A stretch of 64,000 nt of DNA from an uncultured Nitrospiraceae bacterium (GTDB taxonomy: Bacteria; Hydrogenedentota; Hydrogenedentia; Hydrogenedentales; SLHB01). A model generated the notes under the pieces. That model did not search any database. It was not told the DNA's origin and was given only the letters and a program-made list of their open reading frames with translations. Below, one piece after another: positions 60,606 through 64,000 of the stretch; the stretch's first letter is position 1, and each line of letters opens with the position of its first letter. The position numbers were made by a program, and so were the translations under genes. The stretch is from NCBI GenBank assembly GCA_964587655.1, contig CAZPMT010000010.1, positions 16,506-80,505 on the forward strand, written 5' to 3'.

Positions 60606-62516
60606 CTACGCGCGGGTTTGCTCCCTGTACTGAAGCTGGTAGAGCCGGTAGTAAATGCCGCGGCGCGCAAGCAGTTCCTGGTGCGTGCCCATCTCGCGTA
60701 TCTCGCCGTGATGCATCACGACGATCCGATCCGCGTGCTGCACCGTCGAGAGGCGGTGCGCGATAACGATGGACGTCCGGCCTTCCATGAGTTTCCCAAT
60801 CGCGTCCTGAATGAGCGACTCCGTTTCCGTATCCACGCTCGAGGTCGCCTCGTCCAGCACCAGGATCTGCGGGTCGTGTGCGAGGGCGCGCGCGAACGCG
60901 AGCAACTGCCGTTGACCCGTCGATATATTGCACCCGCGCTCGCCCACATTATAGCGATAGCCGCCCGGCGATCTCTCGATAAAAGGGGCCGCGTTGACAT
61001 GACGCGCGCAATCGCGCATCTTCCGTTCATCCATCTCCTTGTTACCGAGACGGATGTTGTCCTCGATGCTGCCCGAGAAAAGGAACACGTCCTGCAACAC
61101 CACACCGATGTTCCTTCTGAGGGACGTCTTGTCATAATCGCGCACGTCTATCCCATCCACCTTTATGCCGCCGCGCTGCACGTCGTAGAACCGGCTCAGC
61201 AGGTTGATGAACGTGGTCTTTCCCGCGCCCGTGTGCCCCACTATGGCAATACGTTCCCCCGGGGCGATGCGCAGATTCACCCCCTTGAGCACCCATCGCG
61301 GAACCGCGCCGGAGTTCTCGTCCGCTTCCGAGGCATACGCGAACCACACGTCCTCGAATTCGACTTCGCCGCGAGTTCGATCCGCCACTACGGCATCCGG
61401 TTTGTCAGGCAGTTCCTCCGGCGTGTCAAGCAACTCGAAGACCCGCTCCGACGAAGCCATTGCTTCCAGAAGCAAGTTGTACCGATCGGCGAGCGCGCGG
61501 ATCGGACCATACAGCCGCTCCGACCATTGGACGTAGGCAAAGAACATTCCCACGTCCGCCGGCCCGCCGGAAACGGCTTGCAGCTTCAGGAGGTACCGGC
61601 CTCCGTACCAGATGATCAGCGCCAGCGACAAAGTGCCCAGGAAGTCGACGACCGGAAAGTAATAGGCGTAGTACTTGATCTGGCGAAGCCATTCATCGCG
61701 GTGCTCGGCGTTTCGCCTCCGGTACTCCTCGAAGTTATCCGCCTCTCGACCGAATATCTGGACGACCCGCATCCCGCTTATGTTTTCCTGCATGTAGGCG
61801 TTCAAACGCGCGATCTTTTTGCGGACCTCGAGATACGATTCCTGCACGTAGATCCGGAAGACGTAGCTTGTCACGAAGAAAAGCGGTATCGGACTCAACA
61901 CGATCAGCGTCAGCTTCCAGTTATTCCACGCCATAAACCCGATAACGACGAAGATCACGAACAGATCGCTGACGACCTGCACGACGCCGCTCACGATCGT
62001 CTCCTGGATCTTCTCCACGTCATTCGTCACGCGCGTTATCATCCGGCCGACGGGATTCCGATCCAGGAACCGCAGCGACATCCTCTGAAGATGCCCGAAG
62101 ATGTCGAGGCGCATCCGCATCATCGTCTTCTGCCCCACGTACGCGATGATGACCATTTGCCCGTAATGCAGCACGCCCTCGCACAGCAACAAGAGGATCA
62201 TGGCAAAGACAAGCTTCAAGAGGTCGGCCTTGTCCAGCGCTGCCTGTTGAGCCAGCGCCTGGTGTATAGCAGCGTCGGGAGAAGAGGCGGCCTGCTGCTC
62301 GAGAGCAACGCGCACCGGATCGTTGATGTACCACGCGATGGCTTTCCAGTTCAGCCACGGAACAACGCTGCTCAGCATCGTCGTGAAAAGGAGAAGGATC
62401 GTTGCCGCCAACATCAGCCTGCGGTACGGGCGCACATAGGCCAGCAGCCGCCGCATGAGATGCGAATCATACGACCGCTTCTGAAGTTCGTCCTCTATGT
62501 GATAGCCTTCGCTCAC
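60606..62516 (-). CDS. ABC exporter, fused TMD-NBD (type I exporter half-transporter)
   Basis: Six-helix TMD, Walker A GHTGAGKTT, signature (STGQRQLLAFARAL), Walker B ILVLDEATS. Confidence 0.85.
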   Translation of the reverse strand: MSEGYHIEDELQKRSYDSHLMRRLLAYVRPYRRLMLAATILLLFTTMLSSVVPWLNWKAIAWYINDPVRVALEQQAASSPDAAIHQALAQQAALDKADLLKLVFAMILLLLCEGVLHYGQMVIIAYVGQKTMMRMRLDIFGHLQRMSLRFLDRNPVGRMITRVTNDVEKIQETIVSGVVQVVSDLFVIFVVIGFMAWNNWKLTLIVLSPIPLFFVTSYVFRIYVQESYLEVRKKIARLNAYMQENISGMRVVQIFGREADNFEEYRRRNAEHRDEWLRQIKYYAYYFPVVDFLGTLSLALIIWYGGRYLLKLQAVSGGPADVGMFFAYVQWSERLYGPIRALADRYNLLLEAMASSERVFELLDTPEELPDKPDAVVADRTRGEVEFEDVWFAYASEADENSGAVPRWVLKGVNLRIAPGERIAIVGHTGAGKTTFINLLSRFYDVQRGGIKVDGIDVRDYDKTSLRRNIGVVLQDVFLFSGSIEDNIRLGNKEMDERKMRDCARHVNAAPFIERSPGGYRYNVGERGCNISTGQRQLLAFARALAHDPQILVLDEATSSVDTETESLIQDAIGKLMEGRTSIVIAHRLSTVQHADRIVVMHHGEIREMGTHQELLARRGIYYRLYQLQYREQTRA

Positions 62517-64000
62517 GCCCTCTCGAGTTCCTCTTCAAGGAGTTGCCGCTGATACATGTCCGCGTACAGCCCGCCGCGCGCCACCAGTTCATCGTGCGCG
62601 CCCCGGTCGGCGATCCGGCCTCCGTCCACCACGAGTATCACGTCCGCGTGCCGGATCGTCGAGATGCGGTGCGAGATTATGATGCTGGTCCGCGTCGCCA
62701 TCACGCGCTTCAGCCGCTGGAGGATCTCCTCTTCCGTTTGCGTATCGACGCTGGACAGCGCGTCATCGAGGATCATGATGCTGGGGTCCCGGATCACGGC
62801 GCGCGCAATCGCGAGACGCTGCTTCTGCCCCCCGGAAAGGTTTACGCCGCGTTCCCCGAGCAGCGTGTCGTACCTGTCCGGCAGCGCGTCGACCGTTTCG
62901 TTGAACTGCGCCACCTCGCACGCGGCATCGATCCGCTCCTGAGCGGCATCCGGAACGCCAAACGTGACGTTCGCGCGGATCGAATCGGAGAAGAGAAACG
63001 TATCCTGCGGCACAAATCCAATGGCGCTGCGCAACACCCGTACCGGGATCCGGCGCAGGTCGCATTCATCAATCAGGATGCGCCCCGCGGTGGGATCATA
63101 CTCACGCGTCAACAGCGATATGATGGAAGACTTCCCCGAACCCGTGGGCCCGACAATGGCAGCGGTCTTTCCGGCGGGAATCTCGAAACTCACGTCGTGC
63201 AAGACGGTCGTGGGCTCGATTGAGACCCCTCCCTCCTTCGTGTGGCGATAGGCGAAACACACGTTTTCGAAACGAACCCCGCCGGACGTGACTACGAAGT
63301 CTCGACGTGTGTTCTCGTCGTCGCGGATTGCGGGCGTCTCTTCGAGTATCTCATTGATCCGCCTCATGCCCACCGCGCCGCGCTGGTACAAGGTCAAGAT
63401 CCAGCCGAACTCCGCCAGCGGCCAGATCAGCATCAGCATGCACACAACGAACCCCGTCAGGTCCTCGAGTTTGAGCGTCCCGTCAATGGTCATGACGCCG
63501 CCGCGCCATACCACCAGCACGATCATGAAGGCAATCGTCATGCCGATCAGGGGCCACGCCAGAGACATCACGTACGCGAGACGCATGTTTTCGCGCATAT
63601 AGGTCTCGGATTCCCGCGCGAAGGCCGCGATCTCGCGGTCGGCAATCCCATACGCCTGGACCACGCGCGCGCCCGCGAGACTTTCTTGCGTACGGGCCGT
63701 GATTACCGAGTATTGCTGCTGGACGCGCTCGGACTGCCGGTGCATGAACGACACGAAACCGTAGACCAGCAGGGATACGAGCGGAAGCGGGATCAGGGAA
63801 AGCAGCGTCAGCTTCGGGCTTAGGTAGATCATCAGCGCAAGCGTGAACGGGAGCTGCATCATGTCGATGGTGCCCATGATGCCCGGCCCGATGAACATCC
63901 GCACGTAATTCAGGTCGTTCGTGGCCCTGGCCATGATGTCGCCGGTCTGCGTGCGATGGAAAAAGTCCTGCGACAACATCTGCACGCGCCGGAACAGATC
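62513..64000 (-). CDS. ABC exporter, fused TMD-NBD, 5' end outside the window (partner of the preceding gene)
   Basis: Walker A GPTGSGKSS, signature LSGGQKQRLAIARA, Walker B MILDDALS. The minus-strand reading frame is still open at position 64000. 4-nt overlap with the downstream partner, so a heterodimeric pair is likely. Confidence 0.8.
   Translation of the reverse strand, partial: DLFRRVQMLSQDFFHRTQTGDIMARATNDLNYVRMFIGPGIMGTIDMMQLPFTLALMIYLSPKLTLLSLIPLPLVSLLVYGFVSFMHRQSERVQQQYSVITARTQESLAGARVVQAYGIADREIAAFARESETYMRENMRLAYVMSLAWPLIGMTIAFMIVLVVWRGGVMTIDGTLKLEDLTGFVVCMLMLIWPLAEFGWILTLYQRGAVGMRRINEILEETPAIRDDENTRRDFVVTSGGVRFENVCFAYRHTKEGGVSIEPTTVLHDVSFEIPAGKTAAIVGPTGSGKSSIISLLTREYDPTAGRILIDECDLRRIPVRVLRSAIGFVPQDTFLFSDSIRANVTFGVPDAAQERIDAACEVAQFNETVDALPDRYDTLLGERGVNLSGGQKQRLAIARAVIRDPSIMILDDALSSVDTQTEEEILQRLKRVMATRTSIIISHRISTIRHADVILVVDGGRIADRGAHDELVARGGLYADMYQRQLLEEELERA

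Overview
High-GC (~62%) bacterial chromosomal segment. The Mla/Mce transporter, the lipoproteins and the Tat/Sec signal peptides suggest a diderm organism. It is densely coding with about 60 genes, mostly housekeeping and envelope functions. Recognisable blocks, in order:
(1) A secreted sugar-phosphate isomerase and a Tat-exported Gfo/Idh/MocA oxidoreductase.
(2) A membrane-anchored 7-heme cytochrome c carrying a (Gly-Glu)n coding repeat, an FdnI/HydC-type cytochrome b, a discoidin-domain protein, a GT39/TIGR03663-like membrane protein and ApbE flavin transferase.
(3) Dehydrogenases, a C69 peptidase, an HD-domain protein, and a HepT/MNT toxin-antitoxin pair next to the fused isobutyryl-CoA mutase IcmF.
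(4) A large secreted glycoside-hydrolase-like protein, then nnrD-thiL and nadX.
(5) The conserved rplU-rpmA-obg-proB-proA-nadD-yqeK cluster.
(6) An acyl-CoA dehydrogenase and an acyl-CoA ligase.
(7) A frameshifted alanine dehydrogenase.
(8) A minus-strand operon: ligA, then MlaE(STAS-fused), MlaF, an MCE protein and an auxiliary lipoprotein.
(9) A MoxR-DUF58-transglutaminase-FG-GAP cluster.
(10) pdxA and an SGNH hydrolase.
(11) An Arn-like glycan-modification cluster (GT39-like, GT2, DegT aminotransferase, methyltransferase) followed by a heterodimeric ABC exporter pair that runs off the window edge.
Non-genic highlights:
- A foldback MITE (about 101-107 bp, 36-bp perfect terminal inverted repeats) is present in two copies, both in frame inside coding sequences.
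- A 13-mer motif (CATCCGTGGTTCA) and octamer tandem repeats recur on both sides of the GT39-apbE gene pair.
- A REP-like inverted repeat lies upstream of ligA.
- The ligA-hydrolase intergenic region holds an unusual palindromic hexanucleotide repeat array, with a candidate small-RNA transcription unit just upstream of it.
No rRNA, tRNA or CRISPR array was found. Many long antisense ORFs in the six-frame track are GC-driven artefacts.
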